From Eledone cirrhosa (taxonomy: Eukaryota): a DNA stretch of 64,000 nt. Positions 27,008 through 41,817 of this stretch are shown one piece after another. Made by a program: the position numbers and the translations under genes. The first letter of the stretch is position 1; every line of letters starts with the position of its first letter. Location: positions 281,976,001-282,040,000 of the forward strand of contig OZ024740.1 of assembly GCA_964016885.1 (NCBI GenBank). Direction: 5' to 3'. The notes beneath the pieces were generated by a model that was not told where the DNA came from, did not search any database, and saw only the letters and a list, made by a program, of their open reading frames with translations.

Positions 27008-27772
27008 CTAGCTAAACTACCCGTCCTTTGGACGGTTCAAATAGCTTTCGATGTAGCTCATTAAACTAAACAAAGTAAATTTGAATACATAGAAGAAAAA
27101 CGTACTTTATGTAAACATGAAAACCTTAGGCACTATTCCAGCGAAATAATTAATATGTGAGCTCGGTGTCATCCGTTATACCATGTAACAACAGAAATCC
27201 AGTCTAGGTATAAATCTTTTTCACAACAGTAAAAGCGCATTATGAAATAGAGAAGTGAAGTGAATAATAGACACTATTATGTACAAAGCATAATATTGTA
27301 AAAGTTATGACATCACTTAATGTATGAACATCAAGCTTGAAACGATAAATTATACAATGTCAAATCTATAACTTAACTTAGTAATCTGTTAGAAATTGCT
27401 GGTTCTGAAATATACAAAATTATATTGTTAGTCTCAAGGAAGCGTACCTTTTGTTTCAAGTACAAAAAGTAAATTAAAATCCGAATGAGCCGAATTACGA
27501 AAGATAACTCTTGTCTTACTTAAAGATAACTCTTGTCTTACTTAACCATGAAAATTGACACAAATAACCGAAACTTTTTTAATGTCTCCAAAGGCCCCAA
27601 TATCGATTTTTGAAAGCCTTTGTAGATCATGTACAGGTTTTGTGCAAGGAGAAGCTCTGTAAAAAATTTCAAAGAAATCGCATGAATGATTTAGAATATA
27701 TGAGCCCTCATTAAAAATTGTCCACACACATATACACACATATACAGAAAACTTCGTCTTTATGTATATACA
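27008..27772 (-). mobile_element. Non-autonomous Helitron
   Basis: Minus-strand 3' end has hairpin CCGTCC-aaa-GGACGG followed by CTAG|T. A 5'-like tatatacataaagacgaagtt..tgtgtg lies near 27770. Confidence 0.7.
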
Positions 27773-27781
27773 GTTATATAT

Positions 27782-28040
27782 GGGCGTTGGATTGGCAGTA
27801 TCGGTAGAGGGTCAGACGTCATGCTTTGCAGCATAGAGTTACGGTCCTTTATGATCTGAGTTCAAATTCCGCCGAGGATAACTTTGCCTTTCATCCTTAC
27901 GGGGGTCGATAAAATAAAACCCTAGTCACGCACTGGGGTTGATTTAATCGACTTTCCCCTCCCCCAAAATTGCTGGCCTTGTGCCTATATAAGAAATCAT
28001 TATTAATTGCTGGCCTTGTGCCAAAAGTAGAAACAATTAT
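27782..28040 (+). mobile_element. tRNA-derived SINE (family 1) with duplicated 3' end
   Basis: Full head and central domain; aattgctggccttgtgcc occurs twice. Confidence 0.85.
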
Positions 28041-28208
28041 ATAATAATATATATATATTTCTTCTATGCATCATATTGAATATAGATATTTTTTTGAAAC
28101 CACTTATAAATTATTCCTGTGTCTTTAAAGGGCCATCTGATAAGACTTTTATTAAAGAATAAATTAATCATGACAGTGGAATTGAGTACTAATTCTCGCA
28201 AACGTCAT

Positions 28209-28306
<98 letters not shown>

Positions 28307-28477
28307 CAAAGGAATTGTGGTAAGGAACCAGATGGATCATAACGCACCAGGGTACTCAATACTTAGGGTAGTAGAGTGGGAAATAGAAAAAAGTATGACC
28401 CCGACCGCAGAGCTCAAGTCGTTTCGACGGCTATTTCTGGAAATGACTTGAGCTCTGCCGTCGGGGTCATACATTTT

Positions 28478-28541
<64 letters not shown>

Positions 28542-28599
28542 TTTGAACAAGTGGCCTTGGAGGGAAAGAGCTGGAGATCTGTGTGTTATAATGGGATAA

Positions 28600-28780
28600 G
28601 TAACTTCGAGTCTGGTTGTACCCATAGGTTAAAGAAGCAAGAGGGACAGAAAAGCATTATCAAACATATCAGCAACATTATCTAGTAGACCTCACCCTTG
28701 TATGCGTGATCTGTGGACTTGCTTGAAAATCCTTGACAGGTCTAAAACGTCATGTTCGATATAAACATCCAAACTGAATG
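28600..28780 (+). mobile_element. RTE-like 3' end relic
   Basis: C2H2 remnant CVICGLA.KSLTGLKRHVRYKH. Confidence 0.45.
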
Positions 28781-29148
28781 AACTGAATAGGTTGTTTGGA
28801 ACCTCCTACGTGTCAAAATCGACGGGAGAGTCCATTATATATATATATACCAGGTTTGATGGTCTTTATTCTCTCGTTCACGATTTCACCGAATTTATAT
28901 TCATAGAAATCTGGGACTTGTCTCTTTCTTCATCACTTTCTGTTGCTTAAACCATTTTGTTTGTTTACCCTAGCGTCCCCTTTATTTACGTGTCCCAACG
29001 ACTTTTTTTAGCCGTTGCTCGCACCAACCTGAGGTATATGGTCTTTAAAGCGATGAAATGCCTATGACGGTTGGAAGACCACTGATGAAGGACAAACTTT
29101 TTCATATGTAACCCATTTGCAACGCCGCAGCTCCATTATTATCATATT

Positions 29149-29189
<41 letters not shown>

Positions 29190-29233
29190 CAGAATATTAA
29201 TAAATGAAGACTTTCACATAATCAAAATATATG

Positions 29234-29295
29234 TTTTATTATATATATTTCGAAGGTACTCTGCTGATTTTTCAGTACGTCCTCGTCAGATAAAA
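29234..29295 (-). ncRNA. Minimal hammerhead ribozyme (AT-rich family)
   Basis: Reverse complement TTTTAT CTGACGA GGACGTACT..AGTACCTTC GAAA TATATA TA ATAAAA. Confidence 0.75.
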
Positions 29296-29375
29296 TACAT
29301 GAATTGATGTATGACATACCTCAACGGCCTTGATGGCTCAATTCCAGTATTTCATATATATATATATATATATGT

Positions 29376-29408
<33 letters not shown>

Positions 29409-29469
29409 GGAACGATCGACTTTCGTCAAATCGGACCGAGGGAACAATGTTTCCGTTGGTCTTTCCAAT

Positions 29470-29796
<327 letters not shown>

Positions 29797-29797
29797 G

Positions 29798-29840
<43 letters not shown>

Positions 29841-29901
29841 GTACATATATATATATATATGGAATACTGGAATTGAACCATCAAGACCGTTGAGGTATGT
29901 C

Positions 29902-30012
<111 letters not shown>

Positions 30013-30379
30013 TTAAAAGAATAAAGGTGTAACACACGAGTTGTGATATATTGGTAAAAGGAAGACACTTGAGCAAGACACTTCATTATTTAGAAATATA
30101 AGTAATGGATTATTTTCGGTATTATGTGTGAAAAAGAACAAGGGATGCTCTATAAAACAAAATAAAAATAAAAATAAAAATAAAAAAGATTGAAAACGGA
30201 CAAATTTTCAATGGCCACCCTGTATATATGATGTCTTCGGACTAGGCAAATTCCTCTCCAAATCACAAGCTTGGCAATATGTTTTGTCAACTTTGCATGC
30301 ATGTCCACCACTTAACATAGCAATAAAGTTGTCCAAAGTAATGGAAAAGACCGCTACAATTTAGCAGCGGATAGGATAT

Positions 30380-30800
30380 AATGTGGCAACGGCAAAATGA
30401 ATGCTACAGGAATCAGTCAGTCAAACTGTCATCACCTCCATCTCTCTGGCCCTCCCCATCTCTCCGTATTGTGAGCAAATGGGGCCCCACGTGCTGGCCT
30501 CCTCACACCCCGGCGGACAGAATAGAGAAGGCGTTTCCTCGGACGATGGTAAGGGAAATGCGCTGGAAGTTCGATTCCAACTCGCGAGGCTCACACCTGC
30601 GGCTGGTCAGCTCAGCGCCTATGGTGGTGAGTAGGGAGGTAGCCCTAGGGCTGAGGACGCAAGAAGCCTCCACTGCTAAGGGCACGACCGCAAACCTGTC
30701 GGAGAGCGACCGGTATTTGGAGAGTTTGGCCTCTTCAGCCCGACGTGCAGCAGAATCTGGGTTAGTCGCAGCAATGGCGTCCAGGCAAACTCACAAGGCA
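30380..30800 (-). mobile_element. CRE-clade RLE LINE 3' fragment
   Basis: Minus strand AARRAEEAKLSKYRSL...VPLAVEAS...FQRISLTIVRGNA is the typical CRE C-terminus. Confidence 0.7.
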
Positions 30801-31286
30801 AATGGCCGAAAGCGATACCACAAATAATCAAGTCTGGTCCTCTAGCAATTCCACCAGTCAGTCACTCTAGATCCGTACTTCATTTATCGATTTCGAAAGG
30901 ATGAAAAGACAAGTTGAGGCTGGAGGGATGTGAACTTGGAGCCGTCTAATAATTCTGTCAATTCGTACTACACAAACATAGTCAGGCCCACAAGGGAACA
31001 CACACCCACATGCACATACGCATGTGGGTGTATAACTTATTCTCTTTTATATAGTTGTATATATGTATGTATGTATGTATGTATATATACATATGTACAC
31101 ACACACACACATATATATATATATGTATAGGAAAATGTTCTTGAACATTTTCCTATTACCCACTCTACTTCCCTAAGTATTGAGTACTTTGGTGCGTCAT
31201 GATCCATCTGGTTCTTTACCACACTTCCTTCGTTATATATATATATATATATAAATGAAAGGTATAGAAAATATATATATATATAT

Positions 31287-32001
31287 AAACATAAATTATC
31301 GAGATTCGCATTTCGGCCCACGAAATAAAGAAAAACAACCTCCGAGATGTGAGGCAAGTGCTCACTGATTCAGATGAACCAGAGCTATAACAAACGTTAA
31401 ACGCCAAACACACTGAGACGAGGGTTAAACAATCATTCGCATAGCCAAAAAAAAAAAACGATCAAGTAATTCTTTTATTGAAAATTTACCCGGACCCCTG
31501 GAAGGTTGGTAAAATCCAGTATTTGGGTTTCTGCGGCTTCTAAATCAAGTACCGTCCGCTTTCATAAATAATGTCAGGCTTCTGGTAAGATGATTGAACA
31601 AGGAAGCCACTTTCTCAACAGGTTTTAGTTCAATGTTAATACAAGGACTGACTATTGCTGACCCCACGTGGGGATCGGCAAGGGAGGCCGCCCCTATATC
31701 AGGCGAATAAATTCAGTTGTGTATACTTTTGCAAGAATGCAAAAACATCACAAATCGAATAGAGTTCTCAACAGAAGGTTTAAAATTAACATAAGCTATT
31801 CATCAGTCAATAGAATCAACTAAAAAATCAAGAAAATTAACTGGTCAATAGCTAGAGTCTGGAGATAAATACAAACATAAATTATCGAGATTCGCATTTC
31901 GGCCCACGAAATAGCGAAAAACAACCTCCGAGATGTGAGGCAAGTGCTCAATGATTCAGATGAACCAGAGCTATAACAAACGTTAAAGGCCAAACACACT
32001 G

Positions 32002-32003
<2 letters not shown>
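31287..32003. repeat. ~130 bp direct terminal repeats around a ~455 bp non-coding core, in microsatellites
   Basis: 31287-31417 versus 31874-32003. Confidence 0.85.
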
Positions 32004-32069
<66 letters not shown>

Positions 32070-32072
32070 AAT

Positions 32073-32123
32073 AGCTTCTACAGGACTAGAATTGTTTCAT
32101 TCGGAGGAAATCATCAGGAAAGC
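32073..32123 (-). ncRNA. Hammerhead ribozyme motif (GUA site)
   Basis: Reverse complement GCTTTC CTGATGA TTTC ctcc GAAT GAAACA..TGTA GAAGCT; same family as 41074-41179. Confidence 0.55.
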
Positions 32124-32191
32124 CCTTATATTTATACTCTGCTATGTATTGAGTACCTTACTTACGCCCGATTGAACCCGGGATATTTTAT

Positions 32192-32261
32192 TATATTTTA
32201 TTATATATATTTCGGAGGTACTGTGCAGTTTCCTCAGTACGTCCTCATCAGATAAAATATA
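32192..32261 (-). ncRNA. Minimal hammerhead ribozyme (AT-rich family)
   Basis: Reverse complement TATATTTTAT CTGATGA GGACGTACTG..CAGTACCTCC GAAA TATATA TA ATAAAATATA. Confidence 0.8.
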
Positions 32262-32799
32262 TAAATAATATATGGTTTTATATATATATATGTATATATA
32301 TATATATGTGTGTGTGTGTGTGCGTGTGTGCGTGTGTGTGTATATATACATAGATACATATTTCATATTTTTTCTTCTGTGTCCCTCTTTACACACACAC
32401 ACACACACACACATACACACACATACATACACACACACACAGAGATTCACACACACACACACACACTTGCGTGCGCCGAACATAAATAATTTGCAATGAT
32501 AAATGAAACCTTAAATGAAATTATGTTCAGAGTAACATCTATGTGTTTTAGAAGCATCTTGTTTGTTAAAAATACATTAAACTAAAGAGTATGTATTGTG
32601 AATCGATCAGTTTGTATTGGTTACTGATAAAATAAGGCTGCGCATTGTTATAAAGATGTTACTTGCTGCCGTGTATTGTAGACAGACTTACATTTCATCT
32701 TGTTGAATATCATCTGAATTACTTTCAGCAGTAACTGTAGCAGCTGCATTGTTGGCTGGTAAGTAATATTAGTAGCACTAGTAGGGATGAAGACACACG

Positions 32800-33157
32800 T
32801 ACACACACTTACATACATACATCTATACATACGCGCACACACACACATGCACGCACACTTACATACACACATCTATACATACGCGCACACACACACATGC
32901 ACGCACACTTACATACATACATCTATACATACGCGCACACACACATACATGCACGCACACTTACATACATACATCTATACATACGCGCAAACACACACAT
33001 GCACGCACACTTACATACATACATCTATACATACGCGCACACACACATACATGCAAGCACACTTACATACATACATCTATACATACGCGCACACACACAT
33101 ACATGCAAGCACACTTACATACATACATCTATACATACGCGCACACACACATACATG

Positions 33158-33194
<37 letters not shown>

Positions 33195-33320
33195 ACATAC
33201 ATACATCTATACATACGCGCACCACACACATACATGCACGCACACACACACACACACATACACACACACACACACACTTACATACATACGTCTATACATA
33301 CGTCTATACACACATACATG

Positions 33321-33355
<35 letters not shown>

Positions 33356-33430
33356 ACATACATACATATACACAGAGACGCACGCACACACACACACACA
33401 CACCACACTTACATACATACATAGACACAT
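32800..33430. repeat. ~50-52 bp minisatellite built from CA/CATA motifs
   Basis: Unit cacttacatacatacatctatacatacgcgcacacacac(at)acatgcacgca starts at about 32806, 32856, 32906, 32958, 33008, 33060 and 33112. Confidence 0.85.
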
Positions 33431-33828
33431 ACACGCGCGAACACATACACATATAGACGCGCTCATACACATACACACACGCACGCGTGCGCGCGCACAC
33501 ATACACATCTGCATGCATGAGCGCACAAATATACAAGTACAGATGCATACATATATATATGTGAGAGAGTGATAGAGAAAGAAAGAGAAAGAGAGAGATT
33601 GAGAGAGAGAGAGAGAGAGTGAGAGAGAGAGGGGGGGAGAGGGAGAGGGAGAGAGAGAGAGAGATAGATATAGATAGAGAGAGAGAGAGCGAGAGGGAGA
33701 GAGAAAGAAAGATAGAGATAGATAGAGATAGAGATAGAGATAGAGATAGAGATAGAGATAGAGGGAGAGAGATAGAGATAGAGATAGAGATAGAGATAGA
33801 GATAGAGATAGAGGGAGAGAGATAGAGA

Positions 33829-34028
33829 NNNNNNNNNNNNNNNNNNNNNNNNNNNNNNNNNNNNNNNNNNNNNNNNNNNNNNNNNNNNNNNNNNNNNNNN
33901 NNNNNNNNNNNNNNNNNNNNNNNNNNNNNNNNNNNNNNNNNNNNNNNNNNNNNNNNNNNNNNNNNNNNNNNNNNNNNNNNNNNNNNNNNNNNNNNNNNNN
34001 NNNNNNNNNNNNNNNNNNNNNNNNNNNN
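33829..34028. other. Assembly gap (200 N) within GA/GAGATA repeats
   Basis: Run of N. Confidence 1.
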
Positions 34029-34768
34029 AAGAGAGAGAGAGGGAAAGAGACAGGAAGTAATAGAAATGTTAGAGGGAAAGAGAAACTGGAGAGCTGAAAC
34101 ATTTGGAGAGTCAGAGTGATAGGATGCATGTGTATATGAAGAGACATTTATGTAAGCGACTGTACACATAGGTAGTTGCTAATCTTTTTCTTCTGTGAAA
34201 CCAGTTGACAGCACGTTTAAACAGTATCTTGCACACCAGCTTCAATAAGCTAGCTTCGTGTTGCATTTAGTTACATTTAAGACGACTCTGGTGCTAGCGT
34301 TCTAGCTGTCATTATCAATCTTCATCATTATCAATCTTCAAGTGAAGTGGAGGGCCTTGTTTTAGTTTACTGCTGAAGCCGAAATTACGTTTAGACTAGC
34401 GGAGATTGCCATTTGCAACATATAATGATTTGTAATATATATTCATTATGGATTCCAATTTGTTAGTCTGACAAAGACTGATCAACATAAACAAGTAATT
34501 AGTTTTCATTTTCATCTTATTAATTTTTTTTTCGTGAAATGATCACGTTGAACATTTTATCTGTGGAATACTCAATACTATATTATTAAATCTAATCGAA
34601 CAAAATAACAACAACAAAACAACTTAGGCCAATCTTCATACGAAAAAGTAATCTGTTCTGCAGATTTTAAATGGATTTACCAGTGCAAATTGAATGACAG
34701 AAATTTAAAAACATAACTTAGAATATATCGTCACACTAAGCTATAAAAGAAACATCAACAAATTAACC

Positions 34769-36485
34769 ATGGATTATTCAACAGATTCAGACCCAAAGGA
34801 TAATCCTATTAGATCGCCTACACTGAGCGAGAAGCAATTTTTCCAAAAAAACACATATAATCAACAACAGCAACAGTACCAACAACAGCCACAAAAACAC
34901 CAATTTCCAGGGATGCCAAGTAGCAAGAGAGACCTAATTGATAACATGTTTACTTATATCAACAGAGATTTACTGATTTCCAAGATATTCTATTTTTTCT
35001 TTTTCGCAGCATTCGGTTCACTCTTTCCTTTGCTGGCCATATATTTTAGACAACTTGGTATGAACCCAACCCAAGGCGGTATACTTATCGGATTTCGGCC
35101 TTTTGTTGAATTCTGCAGTGCTCCTTTATGGGGTGTTTTTGCTGATAAATGGAAGAAAGGAAAACAACTTCTCTTATTTTCTTTATTCTGTTGGGTTGCT
35201 TTTACATTATCTTTGGCCTTTGTTCGACCTCCTGCTCATTCTTGTATCTCAACTAATTCAACACATCTATTTCTTTCTGAACCGTATGAGAGAAGGCGAC
35301 GAGACGTGCCCTCTGTCGAAAACTGGATAAATCCAGATAATCTTCTGATTGATGATAGTTCCTTATCTGATTCAGGTTCAGCAAAAAACTTTATGAATGG
35401 ATTACATCAAAATTTGGAAAGCATTGACTCTGATAGTTCTTATTACATTAAACAAAATGATGCAACCGGTCGTTACCGTGATCCCGTTGAAAATGAATAC
35501 CGGTCGCATTATATTTCTAAACGCAAGAAACCCAAGCATGAAGGGTACGAAATCGACCATTCCAAAATTGCCAATAAGAACAAGGAACAAGTTGCTGGTT
35601 TAGTGAGTCCGCGTTTCAGCACTATTGTCTATCGCGAGGACCAAGTGCAGCAGGTATTTTTTGTACTGCTTGTCCTAATCATTGTTGGAGAATTCTTCAG
35701 TGCACCGGCTATAACCCTTGTAGACTCTGTAACTCTAGCGTATTTAGGAGATGATGTTGAAAACTATGGAAGGCAGCGAATGTTTGGTTCACTCGGATGG
35801 GGAGTTGCTATGTTTTTGGTTGGAATGGCGCTTGATCATTCGACAACATTCCCCAACCATCCTTGTGGTACGCAAGAGCAAGGTGAGAAAAATTACGTGG
35901 TATGCTTTGCTGTCTTTTCTGTCCTCATGAGTTGTGCTTTTATTACAGCAACTCAGTTCAATTTTGCCTTCCAGCAAGGAATTATGGATATTCCTTTAAA
36001 ACAAATTGCCTCCCAGATAAAGGAAAAGATTAAAGAAAGAGTGACAGGACGTAGGAAGATTGATCGAATGCGACTTGTAGAAGAAGATGATTTCGATTAT
36101 TACACAAAAGATAAAGCTCACATAGAGCCAACTCTTCAAGAAAAAAGCCCACCTGATAAATTGCATATCTCACTTGGTCAACAAAATGATATGGTTAGCG
36201 ACACGGTAAAAGGACAGGGCAGTGGAAATGGAAAGACATTTGAAGACGAGACCTATTTTGGAAAATGGTTAACTGTATTGAAGATGTTGGCCAGCCTTCG
36301 TTATATGTCTGTATTATTTGTTGCTTGGTTCATGGGATTTGGAATTGGACTTATTTTCACATTCCTTTTTTGGCACCTACAAGACTTGGGTGGATCGCCC
36401 ACGCTATTTGGTGTGGCATCCGTATTCAATCATATTTCGGAATTATTGGCGTATTTTCTAAGTGTCAAATTTATATCAAAATTTG
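34769..36485 (+). CDS. MFSD6: Major facilitator superfamily domain-containing protein 6 homolog, first large coding exon
   Basis: LLISKIFYFFFFAAFGSLFPLLAIYFRQLGM...GFRPFVEFCSAPLWG..AD, GEFFSAPAITLVDS, YGRQRMFGSLGWG, WFMGFGIGLIFTFLFWHLQDLGGSPTLFGVASV.NH.SE. Donor TTTG|GTGAGT at 36485/36486; candidate acceptor ttctgcag at 34663. Confidence 0.93.
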
Positions 36486-36641
36486 GTGAGTATCTTTTGC
36501 TATGTTAAATTTTTTAAAAACAAATTGACATGAACTTATAATTCTGCGCACATGCATGTGTGTTTAAAAACAGATTACACAGGCGTGCAAATGTACACGA
36601 AACTTTGTGAATTCCAATTAATCAATGAATTTTCTCTCTCG

Positions 36642-36713
<72 letters not shown>

Positions 36714-36910
36714 CTCTCCCTCTCTGTATAAATATATAGATAATATGTTCTTCACTCTGGTGGTTTTCTATCCCCTATAATTAAACACACACCTCTTTGT
36801 GTATTTCTCTCTATATACTGATTTATAAAGAGACCGGAATTTATATCTTGAGCTCATTAAATTATAGATTAACATGAGTCTTTAACTCCGTTAACTCCGT
36901 TTTTTAATTT

Positions 36911-36954
<44 letters not shown>

Positions 36955-37840
36955 AATGTAAAGTCTTTAAGTGAAGAATTTAAACATTTAATTTACTTTC
37001 ACAATTACAATCCCACATTCATGAGGGGCTCGCACATGTAAAATAAATTGTTTTTAATCAAACGTTTATGAAAATATCTAATTTATGGAACATCTATAAT
37101 TACAATGTCTGTCATTATGTAAACCCTCAACATAGAGGGCCTTTGCGTCTAGTGAAGAAGAATCCGATATTTGCAGAAAATGAAAGGCAACATTGAAAAG
37201 AAACTAATATTGACAACAATCATTTCTATAAAATATTAGTAGAAAATAAACATTTAAATATTTGTCTAGAAATATTAATACGCCGAGACGTGGTTGCACT
37301 TACATATATGAATAAATGAAATCGTTTATTTTGGTGCTACATTTCCCCCTCTCACTTTCTCTATCAACCCTTCATTCGACACCTCTTACTAATTTAAACT
37401 GTAAGTGCTCTGTAGTATTTATTCCATGCCATTAAAATGTAAAATGGCGTAAAGTTATAAAGATTTTAGTCTTCATAAATATTTAGAATATTAAATACTA
37501 CTAATAATGAATGATTAGATAGTTTGTTTATGAAATCATAGTATTGGAAACGTGTTGATAAATTGTTTTATCTTAAATTTGCTTATTTTATAAAGCAGGT
37601 GACTCGGTTGGAAACTCAACTTAGATTAAGATGTCCACAGAAAACAACGCGATACCGAACTAAATTAAGTAGGGATTCGTAAACAATCTTCAAAGTTGAA
37701 ATTCTAACTTTGACATTCAGGTCATTATATGCATGAACACAAGTGCACGCACACACGTACACGGGCGCGCCCGCGCATACACGCATACACTTGTGAATTA
37801 AAAATAAGTGGTATGTGCTGAAAGTTAACTTATGGAAATG

Positions 37841-37893
<53 letters not shown>

Positions 37894-37988
37894 ATGTGTG
37901 TGTGTGGTGTGTGTGTGTGGGTGTATATATATATATATATATCAATGATATTAATAAATGGAAACTATCTTTATAAAACCACCATATT

Positions 37989-38049
37989 TATTTTATTATA
38001 TATATTTCAAGGGTACCAACATTTTGGTACGCCCTCATCAGATAAAATA
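37989..38049 (-). ncRNA. Minimal hammerhead ribozyme (AT-rich family), antisense in the MFSD6 intron
   Basis: Reverse complement TATTTTAT CTGATGA GGGCGTACCAA aatg TTGGTACCCTT GAAA TATATA TA ATAAAATA. Confidence 0.8.
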
Positions 38050-38117
38050 CAAAAGTTGTTTTATAAATATTGACATATCCCCAAAACAAGAACTTATCGT
38101 TTTAAGTTCAGTTTGGA

Positions 38118-38171
<54 letters not shown>

Positions 38172-39709
38172 TGTATGTGTATGAGTGTGTATGTGTGTGT
38201 TTGTGTGTGTGTGTGTGGGGGGGTCTCTGTGTGTGTATGTATTATATATAGAATAACTATTAGAGAAGAGAACGAACAAAACGAGGTTATTCGAGGGAAA
38301 AAACAACTGAAAAAGGAAATTATTTCTAGGAATGGACATGCAGGGATCTATTTGATTGATTGCATTCTTCCTTAAGAAATGTATTTGTATCAATGTAATT
38401 AATCTATACATTAAGATATATAGATTAATTGGTAGATTCCTTACTGAGACGCAATGAACTCAATTTATTTTGTCATAGAACTTTCTTGCTCTTATGTTCT
38501 CAATCTCAGAGGTATGAAAAATATACTCTCTTCCGAAATATCATTTTGATTTAGAATTTAGAAAATTAAACAAATTTTACTTCCACTGTCGGTCTGTTTT
38601 TCAACTAGTAGATATTAATATTTATAGCCTGTGAAACATTCATAGGCACTGGAGTTTTAGATAATTTCTCTAATGTTTGCAAAGAAAAAATGTCGATACA
38701 CTTATACATTTAATCAATTAGTCGAAATAAATCTCCTTTCTTCTTCTTCTTCTTCTTCTTCTACAATGGTTTCTGCTCTTCGTATCCTAGTAGTCTCAAG
38801 CCGCCTCCGAGGAGTGGACCTGCAACAGTTTAAGCGGATCCTCAATGACATTGATCTCCCCACTTTCGGTGGGCCTGTGAAGGTCATGGACACTGCTACT
38901 TCCTCCAAATCTACCATGGAAAAACAAATAAATAAAACAAAAATAAAGTATAGGTTGTATTAGTTTATTAAAATCGTAGTGTTGCCCCTCATGTTCTTTC
39001 TACATCACATTATTTTACGTTCACCTTTACTTTAAGTATTCGGCACCATCTTCCAAATGGTGTTCCCGATGATGTTTTGCTGTTATTTTCAAAATTATTA
39101 ATAATTTAATGTAACATGAGTAGAACCTCTGGGCTATTCTATTATGTTTCACCAGTTCGTGACAAATATAAATCTAGATAAAAGAGCTATTTTCATTTTG
39201 AGGATGCATGTGAATATTTTTCAAATCTTTCATGTAACCTTCAACCTCCTAAATATACGTGCTTTATTGCTATGCTACCGCTACATCTGACATTATTTCC
39301 AGCATTATCATGTTGAAAGTAGCGGGTGCCATGCTGTGGGCGTAAGTTTTCGGTAAAATCGAGTCCGCAACTCATATTGGATTCCTAATGGTAACTTCTC
39401 TTACTCACTATGGCAATGATTTTGGTAAAAGTATCGATGTTACAATACCTCATTTTCAGTGCCGAAAATCAAAAATTTATAAACGTGAGCTAAAATATAC
39501 TACAAAAATATGTAAATAAATATAAACACTATTCTATTCTATATACATCATGTGAAATAGCCTGTATTTTGTAAACCCCCCCCCACACACAGACGCATGC
39601 ACACACACACATATATTTGGTGTCATTTATGTTTTAATGTATAACAGCTCTGCATGACCCCTAGTACATTGAGCTCAAGATCAACCTGTAAATCAGTATA
39701 TCATTAATA

Positions 39710-40939
<1,230 letters not shown>

Positions 40940-41073
40940 TTATAACTATAATATCAATACTAATATCACACACACACACACACATATATATATAAGTTTA
41001 TCTCGGGTTCAATCGGGGGTAATCACAGTAAGTAAGGTACTCAATACATAGAAAGTTTAAATATTTAATATAT

Positions 41074-41179
41074 AAATGGCTTCTACAGGACTGGAACTGT
41101 TTCATTCTCGGGAGAAATCATCAGGGCGTCCTGATGATTTCTCCCGAATGAAACAGTTCTACTCCTGTAGAAGCCATTT
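41074..41179. repeat. Palindrome made of two back-to-back hammerhead cores
   Basis: Each strand reads CTGATGA TTTCTCCCGA(GA)AT GAAACAG [8 nt] CTGTA GAAGCC. The 5' strand of stem I is lost at the junction. Confidence 0.8.
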
Positions 41180-41631
41180 CTCTCTCTCTCTCTCCCTCCC
41201 CCTCTCCCCCTCTCCCTCTCTCTCTCTATCTCTATATATATATATGTATATATATATATATACATATATATACATATACACACACACACACACACGCATA
41301 TATATATATATTATACATTATTATTACTTTATAGACTGATAGGAAATAAAATAGCTCTAAAAATTAACCCTGTCAACAAAGTCCAAAGTCTAGCAGATAT
41401 GATGTAGCCGCTCGTCCTTACCTCTTTAATGACATTGGAGGAAAAGGAGAATTCAAGCTGATTTGTGACACCATTTTTAATGTATAATGGAACTGGACTC
41501 AAGGAGATGAACCTATACGCACGTAGTTTGAAAGCTACCTGGAATTATTTCCGTCTCATGTGAAAATAATTGTTATTTACAGAATTATACTTTGGCTTAC
41601 ATACATTAAATAAGCATTATTATTCTTTAAT

Positions 41632-41817
41632 GGTGGATTGGCAGTATCGGTAGAGGGTCGGACGCCATGCTTTCCAGCATAGTTACGTCCCTTTACGATC
41701 TGAGTTCAAATCCCGCCGAGGTTGACTTTGCCTTTCATCCTTACGGGGTCGATAAAATAAAGTACCAGTAATGTACTGGGTAATTGCTGGCCTTGTGCCT
41801 AAAGTAGAAACAATTAT
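41632..41817 (+). mobile_element. tRNA-derived SINE (family 1)
   Basis: Near-identical to 2973-3162. Confidence 0.88.

Noticed and set aside
29081-29100. CTGATGAAGGAC, also GACGAAACATAAGTC at 21736, GAAACAGCAGTC at 24628 and CTGACGAGG at 40635
   Set aside because: Only half of a hammerhead core each; no closing stems found.
32800-33160. Regularly spaced repeats resembling a CRISPR array
   Set aside because: No unique spacers, eukaryotic context, no cas genes.
36486-36508. ORF-track C-terminus EYLLLC* of the 579-aa ORF
   Set aside because: Read-through past a consensus GTGAGT donor; the MFS fold is incomplete at this point.
37711-37800. ttcag|gtcattat as possible next MFSD6 exon (starts GH)
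   Set aside because: It continues YMHEHKCTHT into low-complexity sequence, unlike the hydrophobic helix expected next.
38714-38917. Short ORF MVDLEEVAVSMTFTGPPKVGRSMSLRIRLNCC on the minus strand
   Set aside because: It is GC-richer than its flanks and could be an exon of an antisense gene, but I recognise no domain and could not establish convincing splice sites.
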